A stretch of DNA of 64,000 nucleotides from Gallionella sp. (lineage in GTDB: Bacteria; Pseudomonadota; Gammaproteobacteria; Burkholderiales; Gallionellaceae): contig PLWV01000019.1 in the NCBI GenBank assembly GCA_003153155.1, forward strand, positions 1,137-65,136, in the 5' to 3' direction. The translations under genes and the position numbers were made by a program. Below, piece by piece: positions 11,042 through 20,753 of this stretch. How positions within the stretch are numbered: the stretch's first letter is position 1; each line of letters starts with the position of its first letter. A model generated the notes under the pieces. It was given only the letters and a program-made list of their open reading frames with translations, was not told the origin of the DNA and did no database searches.

Positions 11042-11596
11042 CTACTCGCCCACCTCGATCAAGGATGCAAAAATCAGGTGACCATCAACCCGCATCGGTG
11101 GTCCGGCACGGTGTGCTTTGAAACCGGCATTGCGTAGCAATCGCTCGATGCCGAGCGGAGAAACGGTAATCAAGCGCTTCGCCCCATGTTTCGATGCGCA
11201 ATCTATGGCTCCCTGCAGTAAATCTATCGCAATATCCGATGACATCTGCCGTAACGGAGATTGATTGGGCGAGTTGAAATCGAGCGCAGCAAAGCGGGAA
11301 AGCTCCCAAATTTCAGGAGAGTTCGGCGGTATTGCACCGTTCAACAACTGGGGAAAAACTTCGGAGAGGAGATAAGGGTGTGTGGTCGGTAACAGCCGGG
11401 CGCAACCGCATACCTCGCCCTCGTCATCGCGCGCGACCACATAGACTGTGTCCGGCCGGTCGAATTGGTCCTGTTCCAGACCATCCGGCGCATGCAAATC
11501 CCAGCCCAGGTTTTCGACAAAGACCTTGTGCCGATAGGCTGCTACCTGTCGGTAAGTGCCCAGTAAACTGTCCGCAGTGCCTGAAATAATATTCAT
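11042..11596 (-). CDS. Acyl-homoserine-lactone synthase (LuxI family)
   Basis: YRHKVFVENLGW, EQDQFD, GCARLLPT..PYLL..VFP, WELSRF. Start placed at MNIISG (11596) rather than 11659. Confidence 0.93.
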   Translation of the reverse strand: MNIISGTADSLLGTYRQVAAYRHKVFVENLGWDLHAPDGLEQDQFDRPDTVYVVARDDEGEVCGCARLLPTTHPYLLSEVFPQLLNGAIPPNSPEIWELSRFAALDFNSPNQSPLRQMSSDIAIDLLQGAIDCASKHGAKRLITVSPLGIERLLRNAGFKAHRAGPPMRVDGHLIFASLIEVGE

Positions 11597-11663
11597 ACTC
11601 AACCCCCCAGAAAACCATAAAAACCGACGGGTTAATTTGAGCTTGCCAAACCGGTTCAAACAA

Positions 11664-11679
11664 CTGTCAACCTTGACAG
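11664..11679. promoter_or_regulatory. lux-box-like palindrome upstream of luxI
   Basis: CTGTCAA-CC-TTGACAG is a perfect 7-bp inverted repeat with a CTG-N10-CAG core, ~70 bp upstream of the luxI ATG. Confidence 0.8.
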
Positions 11680-11690
11680 GGATGAGGTAA

Positions 11691-12119
11691 TCATCTGCTG
11701 ATGGTGCTTAGCGTTTCCGTTTGCCAATGGAAGGTGTTCAGCCAGTCCACCAACATCGCCGTGGTTTGCGCTGGTCCGAGATCCTGGCCGTGTTGGTCCA
11801 CGAACATCAGGTTGCTTCCCGGTGTACCGGTTTGAATAAGGCGTGCCTTTCCTTGTGCGCCGGTTACTTCCCAGTCCCAGCCGATGCTGATCGCCGGTGT
11901 GCCATGACTTACCCATTCGGTGTAACCGGTGATGGTGGAGGAGTTAGCGCCGACCCCGCTGGCGATCGGCCGGTCTTCATCAATGCCGGAAAACAGGTGT
12001 ACCATTTCAAGCTGCTGAAACGATTCAACCGTCAGGCGGATATAGCCATCCCGAGATAAGATGGCCATTGTGGTGTACCCTTGCCGGGGTTGGCATGCTT
12101 GAAAGTAATGTAGTGTCAT
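11691..12119 (-). CDS. Small QS-linked protein, DUF4902-like (start may be at 12068)
   Basis: DGYIRL...HLFSGIDE...GYTEW...SIGWDW motifs; lies between luxR and luxI. Confidence 0.7.
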   Translation of the reverse strand: MTLHYFQACQPRQGYTTMAILSRDGYIRLTVESFQQLEMVHLFSGIDEDRPIASGVGANSSTITGYTEWVSHGTPAISIGWDWEVTGAQGKARLIQTGTPGSNLMFVDQHGQDLGPAQTTAMLVDWLNTFHWQTETLSTISR

Positions 12120-12188
12120 GGGATGCGTTAACCTGAAAGTTGTCGGATGAGGAAGTGGGATAATACTGGCGTCGGGCGTTTGACTATG

Positions 12189-12222
12189 CTGTCAAATCTA
12201 TCAGTGCTGTCAAATGTGACAG
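12189..12222. promoter_or_regulatory. Two tandem lux-box-like sites in the divergent luxR/DUF4902 promoter
   Basis: CTGTCAAATCTATCAG (12189-12204) and CTGTCAAATGTGACAG (12207-12222), both CTG-N10-CAG with an 18-bp period. An overlapping TTTGAC-N6-GTCAAA palindrome lies at 12179-12196. Confidence 0.6.
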
Positions 12223-12271
12223 GGAAGATTCAGGTGCCTGACCACGGCACCATCTTCACGGTGGAGGGAAA

Positions 12272-12986
12272 ATGAAAGCTTGGCAAGAAGAGCAAGTCCA
12301 GTTGCTGTTGAGTTGCGATTCTGCGGCGGATTCGTTTCAGCGTGTCACGGTGTTGGCGCGGGAGCTTGGTTTCGACTATTGCGCCTACGGCATTCGCATG
12401 CCGCTACCCATCTCCGCGCCCAGAACGGAGATGTTCAATAATTATCCGACTGATTGGCAAACATGCTATCAAGCACAGAGCTATCTTGTGGTTGACCCGA
12501 CCGTTGCGCAGGGTAGCCGTTCGACATTGCCCTTTGTTTGGTCTGATGAATTGTTTGCCTCGGCCCGTGATTTGTGGGAAGACGCCAGAGCTTACGGGTT
12601 GGAATACGGATGGGTGCAATCTTGCCGGGATGCGCAGGGCATCAGCGGCATGCTGACATTGGCGCGCGCTCAGGAAGATTTGTCAGCCAGCGAGTTGCGC
12701 GCCAAGACCCCGGAGATGAGTTGGTTGGCGCAAACGGCGCACTTCGGCATGGCGCGTTGCCTTGACGGCCAAGCTGCTGCCGGAAGCCGAGGTGACGCTT
12801 TCGAGCCGGGAGGTTGAAGTGCTGCGCTGGACGGCAGAAGGCAAGACCTCAAGTGAGGTGGCGGATATTTTGAGAATCGCTGAACGCACCGTCAATTTCC
12901 ACATCAATAACGCCATGGCTAAATTGAAAGCCAACAACAAGACTGCTGCGGCCATTCGAGCAGCGGTGTTGGGGCTGCTGTACTGA
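12272..12986 (+). pseudogene. LuxR-family AHL receptor split by a +1 frameshift at ~12760 (pseudogene or sequencing error)
   Basis: AHL-binding domain (NYPTDW..Y...DP...W...G.EYG) in one frame, HTH (LSSREVEVLRWTAEGKTS.E...ERTVNFH) in the next. Span 715 nt = 238 codons + 1. Confidence 0.85.
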
Positions 12987-13138
12987 GAGTGCTTTATTGA
13001 AATACTGCAGCAGGGTTCGTTGAACTCACACGACCTTAGGTCAGTGGCTTCTTCTTGGCATCAGCAAGACAACCCAAGCATTAAAAACGCACACTGCCGC
13101 TTGGCAATCTGCGTTTGTGCTTGCGTTATTCGTGCAGC

Positions 13139-13510
13139 TTATTCGAACGGATGGCGCAGCACGATGGTTTCGTCGCGATCCGGTCCGGTCGAAACCATAT
13201 CCACCGGCACAGCGCAGACTTGCGCAATACGTTCCAAGTAGTTGCGCGCGGCTTGCGGTAGATATTCATAACGCTTCGCTCCCACCGTGCCGCCGCTTCA
13301 ACCCGGCATTTCTTCGTACAACGCCTGGCAATCGGCCATGGCATCCGCACCCGCCGGCAGGATATCGCTGTCCAACTCCATTGATGCGATAGCCGACATC
13401 GATGCGCACGCTTTCCATGCCGTCCATCACGTCCAGCTTGGTGACACACAGACCGGATACGCCGTTGATCTGGATCGACCGCTTCAGTGCTGCCGCGTCA
13501 AACCGGCCGC
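13139..13510 (-). pseudogene. purA: 3' fragment of adenylosuccinate synthetase
   Basis: [28 protein letters not shown].../...YEEMPG*SGGTVG...[40 protein letters not shown]. Frameshift at ~13380, TGA in place of Trp at 13298-13300, no 5' part. Confidence 0.88.
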
Positions 13511-13924
13511 AACACTCATCGCGGCAATCTCGCGACTGATGGAGGAGTTCATCAGCATGGCAATGACATTCTGGTTATGTAAGGTTTTCAAGATGACGTA
13601 AATGTTGGTATCTGTCGTCTCGAATAAGGGATGTGAAATTCATCCTGGCAATTTCGGCGTAGTGTTCAAAGGGGCTGGATGCTGACGCACCTTATATACT
13701 TAACCCATTAACCAGAGTTGCACCTCGAACTTGGGGTGGCGGATATATTGGGAATCACTGAACGCACTGCCAATTTCCAGATTAATACCGCTGAGGTACT
13801 ACCGATGTGAATACCCGTTTCAAAAATAACATGCAACACGCCAAACCTCACCGGTGCGTCGCGGTACAAGGGGCGCACCAAAATTTATTTAGGCGATAAG
13901 TGAGAGGTTTGATAGAATGCGCGC

Positions 13925-14052
13925 CGTCCCTGGCGGGGTTAGTGCATGGGTAAGCCCTCATCTTGATTGCCCGTTAAGTCCGCTGAAGCAAATAACGGCG
14001 CGACTTTCAGGAAATAGGTATTGCTCCCTGCCCTGCACTACATAACCAATGC
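13925..14052 (+). ncRNA. Candidate structured leader or sRNA (unassigned family)
   Basis: TAGAAT -10-like box at ~13913. Outer stem GGTTA-GTGCA-GGG / CCC-TGCAC-TAACC (13937-13950 with 14031-14047). Internal complementary pairs CCGTTA/TAACGG, AGTC/GACT, CTGAA/TTCAG. Confidence 0.4.
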
Positions 14053-14151
14053 CGTTTAGTAGTGTCAACCGAACAAATGTGCAGTGCGTTATAGGCACCG
14101 ACACGGTAGTGTCTTAAACGTTTATTAATCTACTAAAAATTGGAGTTCACC

Positions 14152-14379
14152 ATGAGCAAACTGTTATCCGTACTGATCGCTGCTGTATTCGCTGCTGTTT
14201 CTTTCACCGCTGTTGCTGCTGACGCGGCTCCAGCTAAGGCTGCTGCTCCTGCTGCCACTACTGCTGCTCCTGCCAAGGCAGAAACTAAGGCAGAAGAAAA
14301 GAAGGAAAAGAAAGCTAAGAAGGCTAAAAAGCACAAGAAGGCTAAGAAGGCTGCCGCAGAGAAGGCTGAAACTAAGTAA
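14152..14379 (+). CDS. Small exported Lys/Ala-rich, probably disordered protein (Asr-like composition)
   Basis: GGAG RBS, Sec signal MSKLLSVLIAAVFAAVSFTAVA-A, AAPAK and KKAKK repeats, own terminator. Confidence 0.85.
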   Translation: MSKLLSVLIAAVFAAVSFTAVAADAAPAKAAAPAATTAAPAKAETKAEEKKEKKAKKAKKHKKAKKAAAEKAETK

Positions 14380-14397
14380 TTTGTCACATGTTTGAAG

Positions 14398-14424
14398 AAG
14401 GCAGGGGTGACCCTGCCTTTTTTT
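14398..14424 (+). terminator. Rho-independent terminator
   Basis: AAGGCAGGG-GTGA-CCCTGCCTT followed by a T run. Confidence 0.85.
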
Positions 14425-14441
14425 ATTTGTAGAATACCAAT

Positions 14442-14888
14442 ATGATTTGGAAACCCAATGTCACTGTTGCCGCCGTTATTGAGCGCGATGGAAAATTTTT
14501 GCTGGTTGAAGAGGAAACCGCGCAAGGCGTACGCTTCAATCAACCCGCGGGACATCTCGAAGCCGATGAATCGATATTGATTGCCGTGGCGCGCGAGGTA
14601 CTGGAAGAATCGGCTTACCACTTTGTTCCGCAACATCTGCTCGGCATCTATCGCTGGCATTCCACCGAATCAGACACCACTTATCTGCGCTTCGCCTTTA
14701 CCGGAGCAATCACCGGGCATGAGGCTGATCGCCCGCTGGATACAGGCATCCTGCAAGCCGTATGGCTGACACCTGATGAGATACGCGCCACGCAGGCGCG
14801 CCATCGCAGCCCGCTGATTTTGCGTTGCGTGGAAGATTACCTGGAAAACAAACGTTATCCGCTCGACCTACTGGTGCACTATGACTAA
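14442..14888 (+). CDS. nudJ: NUDIX hydrolase, NudJ-like
   Basis: WKPNVTVAAVIE, NQPAGHLE..ES...AV.REVLEE; synteny with mnmA-purB. Confidence 0.85.
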   Translation: MIWKPNVTVAAVIERDGKFLLVEEETAQGVRFNQPAGHLEADESILIAVAREVLEESAYHFVPQHLLGIYRWHSTESDTTYLRFAFTGAITGHEADRPLDTGILQAVWLTPDEIRATQARHRSPLILRCVEDYLENKRYPLDLLVHYD

Positions 14889-14899
14889 CGAGCAAGCTC

Positions 14900-15012
14900 G
14901 TTCCCCTCTCCTCAACCCTCTCCCGGAGAAAAGCCCCCTATCCAACTTTCTCCCGCAAGCGGGAGAAAGGGCGAACGAGAAAAACAATTGTCAATCCCTG
15001 CGGGTGAGGGGG
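14900..15012. repeat. Composite of CCCTC..CCC/GGG..GAGGG REP-like palindromes (host family 1)
   Basis: cccctctcctcaaccctctcccggag...tttctcccgcaagcgggagaaagg...ccctgcgggtgagggg. Confidence 0.65.
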
Positions 15013-15017
15013 CAAAC

Positions 15018-16121
15018 GTGAAAAACAATCTTCAATCCCGGCGCCGCATCGTGGTCGGCATGTCCGGCGGGGTAGATTCCTCGGTCACCGCGCTGTTGCT
15101 CAAACAGCAAGGCTATGACGTGATCGGCCTGTTCATGAAGAACTGGGAGGATGATGACAACGATGAATACTGCTCGTCTCGCCAGGACTTGCTGGACGCG
15201 GTTTCGGTGGCCGACACCATCGGCATTCCCATCGAAGCGGTAAATTTTTCCAAGGAATACAAAGAGCGCGTGTTCAGTTATTTCCTGCGCGAATATCAAG
15301 CCGGACGCACACCCAATCCGGACATCCTGTGCAATGCCGAGATCAAGTTCAAAGCCTTTCTCGAACATGCCATGCAACTGGGTGCAGACACCATCGCAAC
15401 CGGGCACTACGCGCAAGTGCGCGAAACGGATGGGCTGTTCCAATTGCTCAAAGCCAGCGACGACAGCAAAGATCAAAGCTACTTCCTGCATCGCTTGAAT
15501 CAGGCGCAGTTGAGCCATGCGATGTTCCCGCTTGGCAAGCTGCTGAAATTGCAAGTACGTGCAATTGCCGAGCAGCACTGTTTGTCCAATCACGCCAAGC
15601 GTGACAGCACCGGCATCTGCTTCATCGGCGAGCGTCCGTTCCGCGAATTCCTGAATCGCTATTTGCCGACTCAACCGGGCGAGATGCTCACGCCGGAAGG
15701 AAAGATGGTCGGGCAGCACATCGGGCTGTCGTTCTATACCATCGGACAACGCCAGGGTCTGGGCATCGGCGGAGCCAGGGAAGCCTCCGGTGAGCCGTGG
15801 TTCGTGTGCGGTAAAGATATGGCGAACAATCGTTTGATCGTGGTGCAAGGGCACGACCACCCCGCCTTGCTCGTGCCGCGCTTGACCGCGCTGGACAGCC
15901 ACTGGATCAGCGGCACTGCGCCCGCACTCGAACATCCCTACGCAGCCAAGACGCGCTATCGGCAGGCCGATGCGCCATGCCGCCTTACACGCGTCTCCGA
16001 CAGTTCATGTGAAATCGCCTTTGACGAAGCGCAATGGGCAGTCACGCCCGGGCAATCAGTAGTAATTTATGACGGTGAAGTTTGTTTGGGCGGTGCAATC
16101 ATCGAACAAGGACATGACTGA
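15018..16121 (+). CDS. mnmA: tRNA-specific 2-thiouridylase
   Basis: [48 protein letters not shown] start at 15018 assumed. Confidence 0.96.
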   Translation: MKNNLQSRRRIVVGMSGGVDSSVTALLLKQQGYDVIGLFMKNWEDDDNDEYCSSRQDLLDAVSVADTIGIPIEAVNFSKEYKERVFSYFLREYQAGRTPNPDILCNAEIKFKAFLEHAMQLGADTIATGHYAQVRETDGLFQLLKASDDSKDQSYFLHRLNQAQLSHAMFPLGKLLKLQVRAIAEQHCLSNHAKRDSTGICFIGERPFREFLNRYLPTQPGEMLTPEGKMVGQHIGLSFYTIGQRQGLGIGGAREASGEPWFVCGKDMANNRLIVVQGHDHPALLVPRLTALDSHWISGTAPALEHPYAAKTRYRQADAPCRLTRVSDSSCEIAFDEAQWAVTPGQSVVIYDGEVCLGGAIIEQGHD

Positions 16122-16130
16122 TTCGCGTAA

Positions 16131-17567
<1,437 letters not shown>

Positions 17568-17589
17568 CCCTCACCTCAAGTCCACAACG

Positions 17590-17615
17590 AACAAGCCCGC
17601 AATTGCGGGCTTGTT
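17590..17615. terminator. Hairpin terminator between convergent purB and FecR-domain gene
   Basis: AACAAGCCCGC-AATT-GCGGGCTTGTT. Confidence 0.75.
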
Positions 17616-17636
17616 TGATTTTAACCACGGAGATGA

Positions 17637-18533
17637 TCAGTGTGGCTGCTCTGTTAAGCCCCCTGTGGTTGTGGGTATAGTGTTCGTAACAGCATCCTCT
17701 GTGGATGGTGTTAACGTAGCGGCACCCTCCACTCCTGTTTTGTCCGTCGTCGTAGTTTCACGCATTTCGTTTTTGTCCATCGTTGTAGTTTCACGCATTT
17801 CGTTTTTGTCCATCGTCGAAGTTTCACGCACTTCCCTGCCACCTTCCCGGTTACCCTCGTGCTTGTCACCACTGGCTTGTGGCGCAGGCTGGGCTGTTAC
17901 AGTGAAGATGTTGAGGTTGATCGGTTGCAGTTGTGGCATTTGATCGGCCGCACCGGCAAAACCCATCTGGTTGGGCAACACGAAGACCGTACCCTTCTCG
18001 GTCGTCATAGATGTCTCGCCCAGATTCACCTTGTTATAAGTGCCGATGGGTGTCGCTGCCGCCAATGAGCTGTCCGGCGTGACCACAAATGTTTCATGAT
18101 CCGTGCCGCGAATGCCGATGACTGAGGCAGGGGTGGTAATGCGATAATTGGCCTTGTTCATCTTCCCGATCAAGCCGGTAATGGCACGAAAGCCGCCTTT
18201 GAACAGTGAAAAAAAGCTCCTTTCAGTACCGTCTTGCTGTCCATTGAATATGAAACGGTCGAACTGGAGCTTGGTGTCGGGGCGCATGGCGATGATGCCG
18301 CCATCTTCCATCCTGATTTGCGCGGAGGCGGTTTGCGCAGAGATCAGAGTATCGCCTTCGTTAACCGCATCGCCTTTCTTGATCGCATGCGTCACTCCAG
18401 TTGCGGTCGTCAGCTGAACCTTACCGTGCACGAACTGCACACGCCCCGCGATTGCGGCATAAACACTGCCGCTATTGCTTACCAACACCAGCATCGTAGT
18501 CAGACAGAGCAGCGCTTTAATAAAGTTTTTCAT
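17637..18533 (-). CDS. Exported FecR-domain protein with low-complexity C-terminus
   Basis: Signal peptide; AGRVQFVHG.V...GDAVNEGDTL...G.FRAITGLIGK...TP.SVIGIRGT; tail has 33-bp repeats (17738-17831). Confidence 0.8.
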   Translation of the reverse strand: MKNFIKALLCLTTMLVLVSNSGSVYAAIAGRVQFVHGKVQLTTATGVTHAIKKGDAVNEGDTLISAQTASAQIRMEDGGIIAMRPDTKLQFDRFIFNGQQDGTERSFFSLFKGGFRAITGLIGKMNKANYRITTPASVIGIRGTDHETFVVTPDSSLAAATPIGTYNKVNLGETSMTTEKGTVFVLPNQMGFAGAADQMPQLQPINLNIFTVTAQPAPQASGDKHEGNREGGREVRETSTMDKNEMRETTTMDKNEMRETTTTDKTGVEGAATLTPSTEDAVTNTIPTTTGGLTEQPH

Positions 18534-18555
18534 GTCACATCCTGTTTAAGTTTGG

Positions 18556-19953
18556 TTATTTGAAATTGCGCCGTATCGTTAACGAAACATCGGTGCGGTC
18601 GTAGGCATAGTTGGCAACATTCGAGAGGTTACGGAAATGAGTCAGTTGCGGGCGCACTGTCCACAGCTTATCCCGATACCAGTTCGCTCCCAACGTCAGG
18701 TCATACTGGCGGTCGGTGCGCTGGTTCGAAATTGTCGGATTGACCTTGTTGAAATTACCGACTTGCCCGCCTGCGCTGGCGAACAGTTTCGTTCTTTCAC
18801 CCAAGGCTGCCTGACCACCGGCGCGAAATCCGCCGAAACGATTGGCACCATCGGTTCGTCCCCCGACATCATTCTCCATTCCATAATACAAGCTTCCAGA
18901 CAGCGTCGACTTTGCGTCTCCCAGCACGTGCAGCCAACCGATACCCGCAGCCTGCTGATTAATGTCATTCAACTTCATGGCAGCATCGACATAGCGATAT
19001 TGCACATACTGACCGAATACATTCAACTGATTGCTGGCGCCAACCGCATGGCGCCATTCCGCATTGAGGCCGGCAGTATCGAGATCGTGCGCGCTGCCCA
19101 AGGTGTGCTGCTCACCCAACACGCCCACACGGAACCGGTTAGCTCCCGTGTCATACGTCACGCCACCGCGTCCATCCAGACTGAGCGTATCAAAACTTTT
19201 TTGCGTTTTGTTACCGCGCTGACGCAGATCTGCCCCCGCATACAATCCCCAGTTGGCATTCAGGCTGTGATTGACTTCGCCGCCCGCAGCCACTCCATAG
19301 TAATAGTCAGCCACTTCCACGTTGGTCGAATTGAGGGTAGTAACAATACCGCCAGTGGTGACTGATGATTGGTCGGCAGCGTTATTGACGTTGCTATCTT
19401 GCCCAAGCATTCCCTCAACATAGCCACTGATGCGCGTCTGCTTCCAAGCTTCCTGCCCTGCAATGTTATCCAGATACTTCTGGATAGTGACACGCGCCGC
19501 TTCAGAGGGATTTTGTTTCAACACTGTTTCAAATTCGGTCTTGGCGCGCGGCAGATCACCGAGTTGATAATAAGCGCGCGCCATGTCCAGACGCGCACCG
19601 GCATAATCCGGATCCACCGCCAGCACCCGTTCAAAAGCGAGGGTTGCTTTATCCGGCTTGCCGCTATCCAACGCGGCAATACCGATCAGATAATCAAAGC
19701 GCACCTCGCCGGAACGGTCGAACTCTAGCGGCTCCAGCAGATTATAGGCATCGGCAGGCCTGTCGGCTTTCATTAAGGCTTCGGCATCGCGCAACGGTTT
19801 TTCGCGAGCCTCATTCTCGGCCGGCTGTTGAGATTCAGGTTCGGTAAGCTGGCGCGCTTTCTGCTCGACTTCTTGCGCATACACCCCGCTTGCCACCAGC
19901 ATCAATCCAGCGAACACCCAACCTGCCGATTTTGCGAATTGCATAACCTCCAC
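18556..19953 (-). CDS. TPR plus outer-membrane beta-barrel protein (Slam/DUF560-like)
   Basis: Signal peptide, TPRs (FDYLIGIAALDSGK..KA.LAFERVL), beta-strand-rich C-terminal half. Confidence 0.7.
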   Translation of the reverse strand: MEVMQFAKSAGWVFAGLMLVASGVYAQEVEQKARQLTEPESQQPAENEAREKPLRDAEALMKADRPADAYNLLEPLEFDRSGEVRFDYLIGIAALDSGKPDKATLAFERVLAVDPDYAGARLDMARAYYQLGDLPRAKTEFETVLKQNPSEAARVTIQKYLDNIAGQEAWKQTRISGYVEGMLGQDSNVNNAADQSSVTTGGIVTTLNSTNVEVADYYYGVAAGGEVNHSLNANWGLYAGADLRQRGNKTQKSFDTLSLDGRGGVTYDTGANRFRVGVLGEQHTLGSAHDLDTAGLNAEWRHAVGASNQLNVFGQYVQYRYVDAAMKLNDINQQAAGIGWLHVLGDAKSTLSGSLYYGMENDVGGRTDGANRFGGFRAGGQAALGERTKLFASAGGQVGNFNKVNPTISNQRTDRQYDLTLGANWYRDKLWTVRPQLTHFRNLSNVANYAYDRTDVSLTIRRNFK

Positions 19954-20028
19954 TCCATACAGTTGTATTTATCCCTCGTGGATACGATACGCCCGTTGTA
20001 GGGCGGTTGATATGTCAAAAGGTTCCCG

Positions 20029-20703
20029 TTATATCAACCCTTTTTCTGCAAACGACAGGGTCTGTCCCACCGCCACCACGAAGTGATCCAGCACGCGCAC
20101 GTCCACCAAACTCAATGCCTGCTTGAGCGCATTGGTTAACAGTTGATCTGATTGACTGGGCTCGGCGACACCGGAGGGATGGTTGTGGGCAAGAATGACG
20201 GCAGCCGCGTTGTGCGCCAGAGCGCGCTTAACCACTTCGCGCGGATACACGCTGGTCTGGCTGAGCGTGCCGTGGAACAACTCTTCCGAGGCGATCACGC
20301 GATGTTGGGTATCGAGGAACAGCACCAGAAAAACTTCCTGCTGCCGTCCGCCCAGCAATAGCTGCAAATAGTCGCGCACCGCACGCGGAGAATTGAGCGC
20401 ATCACCGCGCTGCAATTCCTCTTTTAATCCACGCAACGACATTTCCATTATGGCTTGCAACTGCACATATTTCGCCTGTCCCATGCCATGCACGGCGCAA
20501 AAGTCCGCCTCACTGGCAGCAAATAATTGCGTCAGGCTGCCGAACCGGGTGAGCAACTCGCGCGCCAGATCCACCGCGCTTTTACCAGCCACCCCGGTGC
20601 GCAAAAAGATCGCCAGCAACTCCGCATCGGAAAGCGATGCCGCCCCACGGGTGATGAGTTTCTCGCGCGGCCGTTCACCCGCAGGCCAGTCTGTGATTGC
20701 CAT
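20029..20703 (-). CDS. radC: RadC/JAB-domain protein
   Basis: [49 protein letters not shown]. Confidence 0.95.
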   Translation of the reverse strand: MAITDWPAGERPREKLITRGAASLSDAELLAIFLRTGVAGKSAVDLARELLTRFGSLTQLFAASEADFCAVHGMGQAKYVQLQAIMEMSLRGLKEELQRGDALNSPRAVRDYLQLLLGGRQQEVFLVLFLDTQHRVIASEELFHGTLSQTSVYPREVVKRALAHNAAAVILAHNHPSGVAEPSQSDQLLTNALKQALSLVDVRVLDHFVVAVGQTLSFAEKGLI

Positions 20704-20753
20704 ATAACCCTCCCAGCCCAGACGGGCTGTTTCTTGTTAAGATGCGCAGCATT

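Noticed and set aside
1-13600. Intact genomic island or prophage
   Set aside because: No integrase, transposase, att repeats, tRNA or phage genes are visible; only decay scars.
13925-14052. tRNA, tmRNA, 6S, SRP or a known riboswitch
   Set aside because: None of the diagnostic motifs I know is present; kept only as an unassigned structured candidate.
20029-20703. radC as a marker of a mobile or anti-defence island
   Set aside because: It is the full-length chromosomal type in its usual position divergent from coaBC-dut.
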